Origin: Eledone cirrhosa
Taxonomy: Eukaryota
DNA length: 64,000 nt
Direction: 5' to 3'
NCBI GenBank assembly: GCA_964016885.1
Contig: OZ024743.1
Coordinates: 201,624,001 to 201,688,000, forward strand
The notes beneath the pieces are model-generated. The model had not been told where the DNA came from. It worked only from the letters and a program-made list of their open reading frames with translations, and made no database searches. Both the position numbers and the translations under genes were made by a program. Position 1 is the first letter of the stretch. Each line of letters opens with the position of its first letter. Shown here in pieces: positions 26,211 through 40,606 of the stretch.

Positions 26211-28409
26211 TTATTATTATTATTACAGTTGCATTTATCTAGCTTTATGTTCATATGAGTTATCACCAAGTCACAACCAGTGACCTGAAGAGACAACAAG
26301 GTCCGCCATGTTCAAGAAAGAACATACATACACACACATGCATCTTTAGGTGTTTAGACTTGTGATGTACTTATATTGACAGAATCTTCCTTAGTATATG
26401 GGCAGTTCCCACTAGTACTATCTTTTGTATTTTTTCTATATGCGGGTTTCCTGGGATTTGCGATAAGTAATCATTAGACCCCTTGGGTATCATTCATACA
26501 CGGCATAATGGGTTGCATCCATTTTTTATTATGTTGGCTTGGTAATTTTTTGTTGGCAGACACTGATCTTGTGCTGATATAATCAGTCCTTCAGTCTCCG
26601 ATTTCAGTCCAAAGGATGCCAACCACTGATGGTTTAAAGTTTTGTCAACATCAGGATTGTTAGCTCTTTCTGGGTATTTTCCATACAGAAGCTTTTCTTG
26701 CCATTTCTTAGTCAGTTTCTGTAGCAGTTCTTTCCTTGCAGTTACTTTTACCTGCTTTGCTTTTTCTGTGTTTTTCATTTCAGCAGTAAATGGAACTTCT
26801 GAAATTTGTAGTTCATTACTGTATCTTTGTACATCTTTTGTAATGGAGTATGATCATTCAATCATGTGATTCCCTTAGATATGTAGATAATCCAATTGTT
26901 GCAGTTTTCAACGCAATATCTAACTGGAATAACCCACATCCTCCTTTCCTAGGGAGATATATTCTATCTGTATCTGCCTTAGGGTGATACATTCTGTGCA
27001 TGGTTAAGAATTTTCTAATTTTTGTATCGAGCCTACGGATCTCTGTGCTTGACCAGTTGATGACATTGTAACTGTAGGTTACTACTGGTATGGCAAGCGT
27101 GTTTATCGCATCAATCCTATTCCTTGCATTCAATTCCGTTCTTAAGATTGCTCTTACTCTGCGGTAACATTCCTTCCTTATCTTTTCCCTCTTTGTCGAG
27201 TGCTTGATTCCGTCTCCTTCACAAACACCTAGATATTTGTAAGTGTCCTCTTGATCAAGTTCTCTTATCACATTCCCCCAATCAAGATTAATGTCTGAAC
27301 TTTTCAGCAGCTTTCCTCTGGTGAACGTTGGTTTGGCGCATTTATCTAGTCCAAACTCCATTTTAATGTCATCACTGAACTGCTCCACAGTGGATAATAG
27401 CCCTTGCAATTGTTCATCATTTTTTGCAAATAGTTTTAGGTCATCCATGTAGAACAAGTGATTAATGGTTTTGTCATAGACTTTATATCCATGTTTTGTT
27501 TCATTGAGCATTTTACTTAATGGTATAAGTGCGATGCAGAATAAAAGCAGTGATAAAGAGTCACCCTGAAAAATTCCACAATTAATATTAACTTCTCCAG
27601 CTTCCAGTGATGTTTTTTCAAAAGGAGTGTCGTTTTCCATATGTTCATACTGAATGACAGGAACCTCCTGACAACGGGAGACATTTTGAAAATCTCTAAA
27701 CATTTTTCAATCCAACTGTGTGGCAAAATATTGAATGCTTTTTTGTAATCTATCCAAGCAATTGATAGATTTTTGTGTCTATTATGACAGTCTTCCAGTA
27801 TCATTTTGTTAACCAAAAGCTGATCTTTACAGTCATATGAGCCTCGTTTACACCCTTTCTGCTCATTGGGAAATAGATCATTTGTTATCAGGTTGTCATA
27901 TGTATATTCAGTTAGGACTGATGTTACAATTTTATACATTGTGGTCAAGCAAGTTATCGGTCTGTAATTTTGGGGATTGTTTGTCTCATCATTCATCGGA
28001 AGTAGGAATGTAATGCCGTTAAATAGCCATGATGGTATCTTTTCTGGCTCCTTAACTATTTCATTGTAAAGTTGGGCGAACAGCTCATGAGACTCTCTGA
28101 AGGCATTTATCAAAAAATTTGGTATTTTGTCTTTTCCTGGGGATTTCCATTTGCTGGTTTTTCTAAGAGCCAAACGCAACTGTTCAACTGTTATATTTTC
28201 CCATGTTTGTTCCTCAAGGTGAGCTGTATCTTTCATTTGTCTGTCTATCTATGGGGCATGTATATTATGAACTTTTTCTTCGGCCCAGATCTTTTCCCAG
28301 AATTCTTGCACTTCCTCCTTGGGTGGTATTGATTTAGCAGTTATTGCTGACTTGGCATTTTTCTGTAGAAGTTTATTTGGTTGTTTTTGAACATATTATT
28401 GTCTTTATA

Positions 28410-28593
28410 GGTGGTGGATTGGCAGTATCGGTAGAGGGTCGGATGCCATGCTTTCCAGCATAGTTACGTCCCTTTACGATCTGAGTTCAAATCCCGCCGA
28501 GGTTGACTTTGCCTTTCATCCTTACAGGGTCGATAAAATAAAGTACCAGTAATGCACTGGGTAATTGCTGGCCTTGTGCCTAAAGTAGAAATA
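28410..28593 (+). mobile_element. Young SINE family 1 copy nested in the Dong LINE
   Basis: Near-identical to 3297-3481; TSD attattgtcYttata. Confidence 0.9.
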
Positions 28594-28961
28594 ATTATTG
28601 TCCTTATAGAATCTAGATCATTTTTCAAAGCGTCTTATATGAGCAGCTTTGGCCGACACTTTTTGCTTGATTATTTCTATCAGCATGTCTATGTCACTTG
28701 TTGATTTCATACTGTATTTTCTTTTCAATTTTCTAAGTTTAGTTTCTTTAACATGGTCACCTACTTTGTAGTTTGTTAAAATTTCTATGTCAGATTGGAG
28801 AAGGTTTATTTGGCGATTGATGTTCTCTTGCCAAGTAGGTTTCTTGTGGGAATTCCTTTGTTTTTTCACTTTCGCTCCACATAGGTGAGTGGTGACTTTA
28901 GCTGATGCATAATAGAGATGATTTAGATCAGTAATGTTTAGTTTGTTTGTGATGATAATGT

Positions 28962-29413
28962 TGTAGTGACCTACATTCCGCGGGCTCACATACATTCTCT
29001 GTGCATGATTTGGCTCAGCTCAGCCAATCAGCGCCAGTAGAAGAGGATGTATCCCTACGCGTTCTGAGGGAGAAATAGCCCGCAAAGATTTGAGGACGCT
29101 ATGACTTCCAGCTAGACCGTGCTAAGGTAAACACCACTTCTTTTGCTCCGCCAGCACAAACAATATGTAACGACAAAACATTACCTATGAGCCTGGCCAA
29201 ACGCCTTCAGCCAGTTGCCCGTATTTTCTCTTGTAATCTTAATTGATTTGTTTTATTTCTCTTGGCATGCCAGCCCAACCTCTGTTAATAAATAATGTAA
29301 AACCAAGCTAAAGTCGTTGTCGATATTCCTATCATATCTTTCTACCAAACCTGGTTCCTCGTGGCAACCTTACCAACTTCTAAATATAACTCTCTGCTAA
29401 ATTGGTGACAACA
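28962..29413 (+). mobile_element. Probable solo LTR nested in the Dong LINE
   Basis: 452-bp foreign block, TG...CA, terminal inverted repeat tgtagtgacc/ggtgacaaca (8/10), CCAAT and AATAAA present. TSD imperfect. Confidence 0.6.
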
Positions 29414-30350
29414 TCTTTTAGCCAAAATGTTTTTGAGAATTATGTAGTCTTGTGTATTATCTTTTGGTTCTGTTTGGAGTTCTGGATCTTAGGGAGAGTG
29501 TCTCGTTCCCCCATGTCAAATTCTTTCATTTTCATCCATTCGATCATAATTTCATTCTTCAAGCTGGCAAGTTCATTCTCATTCATTTCTTTATCATTTA
29601 TGATCTCATTGTTTTCATTTTGAGTTTCATCTTGAGCATGCACTTCCTCCACTATTTCGGTCTTTCTTTAATTTGTTCTGCTGTCAGTGATTCTGTCCCA
29701 ACCCTGGGATTCAAAGTGTTATAATTTACGTCGGTTTCACTGACACATGTTTCATTTTCCCTTCGCTGACTTTGTGCTAATTGCTTGATCTGATCAATTT
29801 CTATATCAGTTAGTAACATTTTTTTAACAATATTTCTTAGTATATTGGCTAGTTTGTTACTGCCAATATAGCCTCTGTTTTCGGGATGTTTCTTTTTCCA
29901 GTTGATATATGTCTGTTCTGTATTCGATCTATTTGATGGCAGTGTAGAAAGCCTCAAGGACTTCTTTATTGTCTTCCCTTGTCCATTTTTCTCTCTTTTT
30001 CATCCATTCGATCATAAATGATAAAGAAATGAATGAGAATGAACTTGCCAGCTTGAAGAATGAAATTATGATCGAATGGATGAAAATGAAAGAGTATTCC
30101 ATTTATGGGCGGTCTCCAGCTCCGAATTGATGGGAAGGTTTGAACCATTAGCTGATTTTTTCGACCCCAGTCTGGTTCCTCTCTGAGGGACGCGGCCCTT
30201 TTTGACCCGGGTGACGACTGATCTGGTATGAGATTTTATCATTTGACATTGATTTATTTTTTGGGGGGGTTTTATCCTTAACCGCCAAGGAGTAATTATT
30301 TCGTGTTACCACTCCTAGGACTAGAGGGGTCGTCCTCCCCTAGAGACACC

Positions 30351-30380
<30 letters not shown>

Positions 30381-30383
<3 letters not shown>

Positions 30384-32528
30384 CTTCAATCTCAGTCATT
30401 GATGTTGGTTAACTGGAGAGTCCGTTGGAATGAATATCAAGCCACTACCTGCAGCCTCAGATATTCAGGATGTATCGGAGGGTTCTTGCTGTTCCCAGCA
30501 AGCATGCCTTTTGAAGTGTTCCAAAAAGCGTGAAGGGGCCGATTTTCTTTAACCATCCCTGGAAACTTTTGGAGATAGTCCCCAGTGCGCCTATGACAAT
30601 CGGGATCACTTTGGCTTCATGGCATTTCCAAATCCTTTTTACCTCCCACTTTAAGTCCTGGTATGGGTTAATTTTCTCCCTCTCCTTCTTTTGCACTCTC
30701 GTGTCGAATGGGCAGGCCACATCCACAATCAGACACAATCTTTTTTCTTTGTCCACAACCACCAGGTCAGGTCTATTGTGTTCCAGTTTCTTATCCGTCT
30801 GTATCCTAAAATCCCACAGTACCTTCACCTGATCGTTCTCCATCACCGCCTTTGGCCTATGCTCATACCATTTCTCAGAATGTGGTAAATTGTTTACTTT
30901 GCACAGGTGCCAGTGGATCACCATGCCCATCACATCATGTCTCCAGCCCTTATAGTGGGTCTGGGCTAGGTGTTTACACTCGGATACAATGTAAGCCACA
31001 GTCACCTCTCTCTCTCCACAGATCCTGCACAGTGGGTTAGCCTCCTCCTTGTAAATATGGTGTTTCAACCACTTCGTTTTGAGGGCTTGCTCTTGCGCAG
31101 CCATTAGCATTCCTTCTGTAGCCTTTTTAAGGTCTCTTTTCAACCAGTTCCATGTCTGTGGATCTCTGAATTCAGTTTTCTCAAAGAAGGTACTATGAAG
31201 GGATTTTTCATGAAGGCTGCTCTTTCTCCTTGTTGTTATTTCCTCCTTGGTCATCCCCTGGTCTCTTGTCCTCTCCTTCAGTACAATTCTGAGCATTGGC
31301 TCCTTACTATCAGTCATGTATTTGTGTAGGTTGTTTTTCAACATCTGAACACAGTCCTCTATGCTGATAAGACCTCTTCCACCTTCAGATCTCCTTAAGT
31401 AGAGTCTATCGACATCACTCCTCTTGTGGAACATGTTGTAGATAGTCAATAGCTTCCTAGCCTTCCTATCCATTTCTTTTTGTTCAGCAACATTCCATCT
31501 CAGAATTCCAGCACTGTACAATAGACACAGCTCGGGAATTTACTGCACTTATGGCATTCCTACTGTTCAGATGTGACTTTAATACGCTCCTTACTCTCCG
31601 AATGTATTCAGATCTTATCAATTCCTTCATTTATTTTGTTCTTGATGTCATCAGCCTCCAGAACACCCAAATACTTGTATCCTTCTTCAGTGTCAATTTC
31701 CTTTATCATCTCACCTGTTGGTATCTGGATTCTGTTGCTTCTGCTCAATTTACCCCTCTTCATCACAAGGACTCCACGCTTACTAATTCCAAATTGCATA
31801 CATTGCAATTGCATACAATTTGTCAACAAGCACATCCAACTCCTTCTCACTTTTCCCGAAGAGCTTAAGATCGTCCATGAAGAGGAGGTGATTGATGGTA
31901 AGCATTCCCTTTCCCAACTTGTATCCTGTTCTCACTTTTCGCGGTACACTGGTCAGGGGCATCAGGACAAGGACAAACAACAGAGGGGACAGACTATCTC
32001 CCTGGAAGATACCTCTCTTGATCTTCACGCCTCCCAAGGATTCTCCAGCTGATGTTAACTCTGTTTTCCAGGACTTCATACTTTTGCCCAACAACTGTCT
32101 GATGTTATCTGCCACCTTGAAGATCTCTAGGCTTTTGGTGATCCAAGAATGAGGTACCATGTCGAATGCCTTTTTGTAGTCTAGCCATCCCATGGCAAGA
32201 CCAGTGTGTCTCCTCTTGCAATTCCTCATTACCATCTTATCAATAAGTAACTGGTCCTTTGTACCATGGGACTTCTTTCGGCATCCTTTCTGTTCGTCCG
32301 GTAACAAGTTGTTTGTGTGGAGGTGATGGTAGATTTCCTCAGACACAATGCTTGCCAACAGTATCCACATTACGGACAGACATGTGATAGGTCTATAGTT
32401 GGTAACATCATTACCCTTGATTCGGTCTTTCATTACCAGAACTGTGGTACCTTTTGTCAACCACACTGGTACCTCACCTGACATCAAGCAGTCATTGAAC
32501 ATGGTTGTCAGTTTCGGGTGGAGGGATG
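30381..32528 (-). mobile_element. 5'-truncated Dong/R4-clade LINE, second subfamily, with RLE domain
   Basis: RT (FMDDLKLF), CRIC zinc knuckle, RHD, RPDLVVVD..IVDVACP..K..Y restriction-like endonuclease. (TTA)n on both sides. Confidence 0.92.
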
Positions 32529-32544
32529 TTATATTTTTATTTTA

Positions 32545-32590
<46 letters not shown>

Positions 32591-32591
<1 letters not shown>

Positions 32592-33822
32592 GCCCCGCCT
32601 GACTGTGTTGGAGCGTTTGCTCTTTCGCTTTTTGTGGAAGGGACGCGCTCCAATGGTCAGGCGGTCCATCTGCTGTCAACACCCGCTACGTGGAGGGCTG
32701 GGAATGCCGTGGCTGATGATGTGCAGACACGCGCTCAGGCTACGACATCTCCACCTCTTCCTCGACGGTGATCAGGTATGGTCGCCGTTTGCTAGACACG
32801 TCTTTCCCCAGCTCGTCTCCTTGACGGAGCTGCAGTCCTGGGTCAAGCGAAGACCGAGAGGGAGTGCTTGGAGACTGGAATATCTTCAGGCGCTCACAGC
32901 CCTCGACCAATTGGGCAATGTGATTGGTGGAAACTCCACCTCGGCGTTCTATAGAGGATTAGTGGAGGGGAAGAGCGACGACGTACTTGGAGAAACTCTA
33001 GGCGTCGACGAAAATCAACTAGCCAATCTCTTCGGAAGGACTTTCGGGCCGGGGCCTATGGACAACTTCCAGAAATCCCTGGCCTGGCAGTGCTACTGAG
33101 GAGCTTTGCCAGTTCGGGATAAACTCTACAGGCATGGAGGTACCGTCAGCCAGGCATGTCCGAGATGCGCGCAGGGCGACGAAACCGTACTGCATGCACT
33201 CGTCCAGTGTCCGAGCATTGCTGACTTGTGGGTTTATGTCGAACACCTGCTGTCACGTGTAGCATGGGTCCAGCTATCAGCTGAGTCCATCGTGAGGATT
33301 GCCCCGCCCTCTTCCTTTAGCCGGGAAGGGCAGGCAGTTTTTATCTGTCTGGTGGCCATGGCGAAAGAGATAGTATGGTGGACACGTTTGAAAGGGCTGA
33401 AGATGAGCACTTACTCTTCGGTGATGCCCTGATTAACTTTTTCAAATTTCATTTGAAAAGGAAAATCAGGGTAGAGAGGGAAGTGCTCTCTTCCCAGCAT
33501 TTTGTTGAAAGATGGGTGAGAGAAGCAAGTATGGCCCGAGTGAATGGGCCTACTCTGAGTATGTGTCTGTAAATTAAAGGTGGAAAACTGGGAGAGGGCA
33601 CTTGCCCTGGTGGTCAGGATCACTGTGGCTTTTTAATGGGCTTTCTCCACCAATGTCCCTTGGAAGTCTCCCCCCTATTGGGGAATTTTTTCATTGTTCT
33701 ATTATTACATCCTCTGTTTCTTGTTTTTTCACACGCAGAAATGCCCATTTGTACCGCCCTGTATTGTCCTGTACTGTCCTTAATGTTTACTTTATGTAAA
33801 CCCTTGTGGTTAATAAAAAAAA
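32591..33822 (+). mobile_element. L1/Tx1-clade LINE 3' fragment
   Basis: LFRFLWKG..RGGLGMP and zinc knuckle CPRCAQGDETVLHALVQC. In-frame TGA at 33097; 3'UTR ends aataaaaaaaa. Confidence 0.85.
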
Positions 33823-33850
33823 TCATTATTATTAGTATTATATCCACCGA

Positions 33851-34036
33851 GGGCGGTGGATTGGCAGTATCGGTAGAGGGTCGGACGCCATGCTTTCCAG
33901 CACAGTTACGTCCCTTTACGATCTGAGTTCAAATCCCGCCGAGGTTGACTTTGCCTTTCATCCTTACGGGGTCGATAAAATAAAGTACCAGTAATGAACT
34001 GGGTAATTGCTGGCCTTGTGCCTAAAAGTAGAAACA

Positions 34037-34040
<4 letters not shown>
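33851..34040 (+). mobile_element. Young SINE family 1 copy
   Basis: Near-identical to the copies at 3297 and 28410. Confidence 0.9.
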
Positions 34041-34077
<37 letters not shown>

Positions 34078-35146
34078 CATATATATATATATATTACATC
34101 TAATTTGTCACACACTTGTAAATTGTAAAGAAGATGAAACAAATATAGTGAATTTGATATATGGATTTATATAGAGATGATGCTTGCATAGAGCCATACA
34201 TATGTCTATATAGAATAAAGCTATATATTAAAAGTGAGAAGCACAATTAACTTGTTATACTCAAATATATCTATATAAAACCTCTCTCACTCTTTCTACA
34301 CACACATATAGATATATAATTATATATTATTATAATATATCGATATTTATAAATAAACATCTGTACTATAATGCTTTAAGCTCTACACAATACATAGCTA
34401 TACTATTATAAACAACATATTTCATTGTCAACATCATCAGTAACATATTAGCACAGCCAATACCATCAACTCCACCACTAACACCATTACCATTAGGGTG
34501 GTCATGGCTGACTTTATCATCAGTAACAGCACTAACACTATGACCATCATTAATATCTTCATGTTTTTGTCACCCCACCACCATTGTCTTCACATCATTG
34601 TTTTAACATCTATTTCTCAATGCTCTTATGGATTGAGGAGTTCTCCATTTGCCAGAAACTAATCATGTTATTCATTTTAATATTTTATCTTCAACCTAGA
34701 TAAATTCCACACGTTTTGAGATATGACTATTTGTAATTTCACAATGTTCAGTGAATTAGTGGTCATTAGGGGTATTTGCTCTGTGTTCAAATAGTGCCAA
34801 CATCAACATTGCCTTTCATCTTTTCAAGTTCAATAAAAGAAAAAAATACTAGGGTCAATTCTCCCTCTATATCTCTTTCTCTCTTCCTCTCTTTCTTTTT
34901 TTTTGGAAGAAATTGGCTCTATCAAATATAAAGTGCTCAAGAAATGCTGTATGTCCTGACAGTGCGTCTACATCTCCAAGACAAAATGCCCCAATATTGT
35001 AACAACCATTTTTAGATTCTATGGTGTAAGACAAAATGAAATTATCTCTCTAAGTGAAAGCAGATTATATGATGCTTGTGTAAGAAGTGTGTTATTACAT
35101 GAAATATTGAAGTGTAGGCTGGATAGAGAAGGGGTGAACCTGCTAC

Positions 35147-35520
35147 TCATCATCATCATCATTTTATGTCCGCTTCTCCCTGCTTGCAAAGGTTGGATGG
35201 GTACTATTCAGCACTGCATCTCTCCACTGGTCACAGTCCTTTGTCATCTCCTTGGTGAGTTTCAGCGATCTGAGGTCTGCTCTCACCACCTCCGCCCATG
35301 TTTTACATGGTCTACCTCTTCTGCGTCTTCCTTCTACTGGGATTTCTTGGCACTTCTTTATCCAGCGGCCATCCTCCATGCGCATCACATGCCCATACCA
35401 CCTCAGCCTTCTCTCCTGCACACCACAACATATCCCTCTTATACCCAGTTTCTTTCTTAACTCATCGATACTTGGTCGTTCACGCACATTGACATTACTA
35501 TGGATGTTTAATGCTAGCAT
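35147..35520 (-). mobile_element. RTE LINE (second subfamily) 3' fragment
   Basis: ELRKKLGIRGI..ERRLRWYGHVMRM..GRPCKTW; (TGA)n tail; matches 19292-19595. Confidence 0.85.
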
Positions 35521-36019
35521 ACATTGAAAAACAGAACACAAATGAACTGAAAGAAAACCTGAGTAAAAAAAGATATTAGATAAAGTTGGTATTTACATGA
35601 GACATGTATGCAGTAAGGAAGCTGAGTAAGGAAGTGGCAAGCATTCCCAGGGGAAGGAACTATAGAAAAGGAAGAACAAGGATGATATAAGTAGTAAGGA
35701 TAGATTTCATTAGGCTAAATAACATGAAAGAAACAGATTATGAAGGACTGGGACTGTAACAAGTGGTGAGACACTGTGTTGGATTGATACATCTAACACA
35801 GGCAAGCATGTGAAAACTGATGTATGATGTTGATGATGATAAAGAATATATAATGAATATAGTGTCAATCTTGACAAAGGCCAATTACAGAGACACAATG
35901 TTATTGTCTATTGTTTTTCTCTGTCACCACTAGATCAAAAACATGGTGATGGTCATCTAAAACACATAATCCGGCTGATTGCTTGCAAATGAATCGATTA
36001 TTATTATTATTCAATATAA

Positions 36020-36660
36020 GGGCGGTGGATTGGCAGTATTGGTAGAGGGTCGGAAGCCATGCTTTGCAGCATAGAGTTATGGCACTTTATGATCTGAGTT
36101 CAAAACCAGCTGGGGTTAACTTTGCCTTTCATCCTTACGGGGTCGATAAAATAAAGTACTAGTCATGCACTGGGGTCGAGTTAACCATTATTATTCAATA
36201 TAAAACTCATGTATGTGTGATGATAATCATTTTTTTTTTATCAGTTCCAACCGACTATTTGAGGCCATGCTGGGGCACTGACATTAATGCTACACTTTCT
36301 ATAGCCAGCTTTACTTGGTTGACAATTGATGTAAGAAGGGGTTTGTTGCTACTGCCCTTATTTGTGCTTCGCCTCATGCTGTGTGTTCACCTGGGATCTT
36401 GTTTAGCAGAATGCCCTGATATTCATTGAAAACCTCTACAGGCACATCAAGAAGATCTCTCAGATTTTAATGGTGATAATTTGGCAGTATCGGTAGAGGG
36501 TCAGACATGCTTTCCAGCATAGTTACCTCCCTTTACGATCTGAGATCAAACCCTGCCGAGGTTAACTTTGCCTTTCATCCTTACAGGGTTGATAAAATAA
36601 AGTACCAGTAATACACTGGCACAATTGCTGGCCTTGTGCCAACAGTAGAAACAATTATAT
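36020..36660 (+). mobile_element. Two SINE family 1 copies (36020-36190, 36481-36660)
   Basis: A/B boxes and core. Confidence 0.8.
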
Positions 36661-36780
36661 TATATATCATGAAATATAATATTCATGTCAAGTTTGTTGA
36701 CTATGTGAAAGCAGAATTTATATGCATATATAGATCTTTATGTATATCTATATATGAATATCTATATGTACATATTTTAG

Positions 36781-36815
<35 letters not shown>

Positions 36816-36828
36816 TATATATATATAC

Positions 36829-36871
<43 letters not shown>

Positions 36872-37325
36872 CGTGTATCTGGATATTTCTATAAACACAC
36901 ACACACATATATATATATATATGTATATATGTAAGTGTGTATATACATAATAAGATCATAGTGTTATATAGATAACAAGTTTAAAATTATCATTGTGCAC
37001 ACTATCACTCTTAATATTATTTCATTATTAATAGCGACAATAAAAACAAACAACAACAACATCAGACACCATATCAGTTGTAACAAGAATAACAATATTG
37101 CTAAAATTGATAATAATGAAAATAATGACAAAAAGAATATCAATATAATAATGATTATAATGAAGATGGCATAGATGATAATGATAAAAATATTAAAAAC
37201 CGAGAGATTGATAAAAAAAATAATAATGACAGCAATAATGAAAATAAATATAATGATTAAAGCCTTGGTGATGAGAATGATAAAATGATAACAACATCAA
37301 CAATAGTAATAATAATTCTATATAT

Positions 37326-37374
<49 letters not shown>

Positions 37375-37410
37375 CATAGATATCTATACATATATATATA
37401 TATATTATAT

Positions 37411-37491
<81 letters not shown>

Positions 37492-37586
37492 TATATATAT
37501 ACACATATATATATATACAGAGATATATATTTATATCTATATATATATATGCTTATATATATATATATGCTTATATATATATATAC

Positions 37587-37643
<57 letters not shown>

Positions 37644-37932
37644 TATGCATATTTTTTTTCTTTTTTGTATTTTCAATATATATGTTGGGATATTACTTGT
37701 CGGGGAAATATCTTTGATGTATACTATTTCATCATAATTGTTAATTCCTGTAAGGTAAATAAATTTGAATATCTAACGACCATTTCCTAAAGAGGTGTTG
37801 GTAGTATTGGTGGTGGTGGTGGTGGTGGCGGTGTGTGTGTGTGTGTGTGGGGGGGGGGGGGTAGCTAGCTTATGGAGGGATAAAGAAAAGGAATATGTGC
37901 ATATATATATATATACATGTATATATATATAT

Positions 37933-37979
<47 letters not shown>

Positions 37980-38071
37980 TATATTTAAGTACATCTCTCT
38001 CACTCTCTCACTATATATTTTTATGTACATTTACACATGCACAGATATGTATACATAATATATATACATAC

Positions 38072-38150
<79 letters not shown>

Positions 38151-38254
38151 TATATATATACACACCATATCATATCATATATATTGGTGTATATTTAAAA
38201 AGACTTTGAAGATATCTGAGTCAGTTGAAGGAAGGCCGATAGCAAAATGGCAGC

Positions 38255-38298
<44 letters not shown>

Positions 38299-38335
38299 AT
38301 ATATATATATATTTATATATATGTATATATATGTG

Positions 38336-38412
<77 letters not shown>

Positions 38413-38430
38413 GTATATATATATATATGC

Positions 38431-38503
<73 letters not shown>

Positions 38504-38535
38504 CATATAAGCATATATATACATATATGTACAAA

Positions 38536-38591
<56 letters not shown>

Positions 38592-38595
38592 TATG

Positions 38596-38657
<62 letters not shown>

Positions 38658-39001
38658 TTGTATGTATTTCATTAACAAACAAAAACCAAATTGAAAGTTA
38701 TGTTTGAACAACAACAAATACCATACATCAATACAAACATGAACAAGAAAAGAAACAAAATCAACAACAAAAGCAAGTCTAATAAGAAAAATCAATTTTT
38801 GGTAAACCAGTTCTAATCTTTTAATGAGTTTTATTTTTTACTTTATTCATTTATTTTGTATATTTTTAACTCTCCTTCCATACACCTCTCTTACTTTTTT
38901 TTAAAGAGAGACAGAAAAAGCAATGACAAAAATTAATTAAACAAATATGTAAGTATGTGAGGAGAATTAACTAGAGAACAGAATAATTTATATATATTAT
39001 A

Positions 39002-39054
<53 letters not shown>

Positions 39055-39079
39055 CATATATATATATATATTACATATA

Positions 39080-39210
<131 letters not shown>

Positions 39211-39223
39211 ACATATATATATG

Positions 39224-39277
<54 letters not shown>

Positions 39278-39318
39278 ACATATATATATATATATATATG
39301 CATATATATATACATATT

Positions 39319-39365
<47 letters not shown>

Positions 39366-40606
39366 TATATATGTATATACATGCATATAAATGTGTGTGA
39401 ATATTATTTATATATATATATACACACGTTCATATAGAGCCTTTCCTGGGTTTTAACCGTATAGGGTAGAAATAAAACTAAATGAAAGAAGGAAGAATAT
39501 GGCTTATATATAATCATATTATTCTATATAAAGAGGCAGTTAAAATATTTCATAGAAATGGATTTTTGAAAAATGTTTAACAAAAAAAATGTAATAAATC
39601 TAATGATATTTGGGATCAAACTCATATTTAACATTCAAAAGCAAGTCTGTATTTAATTTATATGCGTTATCATCATCAACATCATCGTTTTTACATCAGT
39701 TTTTACATGCTCATGTGGGTTGAATGGGTCTTTTTTTAGCACCACATATCTCCAATTACTCTGTTCCTTTGTCATCCCTTCTGTTAGTGTCTGATTTGAC
39801 CACCTCTACCCAAGTCTTTCTTGATCTACCTCTACTGTATCTCCCTAAAATTAGGATCTCCAGGAGAAAGACTGTAACAGGAAGAAAGACAGTAACAGAA
39901 TCTATGTTTGCTGGAGAGAAAGAAAGAGAGAGTGTAGATGGGGATTAGTAACAGTGGTAAGGAGAGAATGATGAATGCCAATAAGAAGTGGCCTTGGGGA
40001 ACAGGGTTGATGGTTGGTGGCACAAACAAGAGAATAAGGTTTATCACATGTAAGCAGACTTTAATTTTTTAATATGATGCAGTCATAGTGCTGTTTTCTA
40101 CTTTTCAAAAATATCTACTCCAGGGCTTAAATAATCGCCCTCCCTCACTTATTAATTTTTCGGATTCACATTAAATTTTGGTAATCTATCTCCAGAGAAA
40201 TTTTATTTTAAGTGGTAGCATTCCTGTGATAATTAATTTTCTTTATTAAAAATATTATACATGACAAAAAAGAACATTATAAGAAATCCCATACATTATA
40301 TATAGTTCTTGATAGTCTTATTCTTTTACTGGTTTCAGTCATTTGATTGAAGCTATGCTCCCGCACTATTTAAATACAATCATATTGAACCCTGAACTTA
40401 TTTTTCCAAATCTAATACTTATTTTATCAGAGTGTATTTGTCAAAGAGCTAAGTTACTGGACATAAACAGAGGCAGAAACAGAAATGTTAACACACATAC
40501 ACACACATATATATATGTATATATATATATATATGCCTGCTGCCATCACTACACTATAGTTATACGTAGCCAGCAGCATACCACAATTATTGCATAAGAG
40601 CACCTA

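Larger units (their letters stand above)
26225..30350 (-). mobile_element. Near full-length decayed Dong/R4-clade (RLE) LINE
   Basis: N-terminal Myb-like KWTREDNKEV; RT motifs KSPGKDKI, NYRPITCL, WIDYKKAF, GIFQGDSLS, YMDDLKLF; C-terminus QKIVLVGTAHILRKILSI*. Flanked by (TAA)n on the sense strand; carries frameshifts and insertions. Confidence 0.9.
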
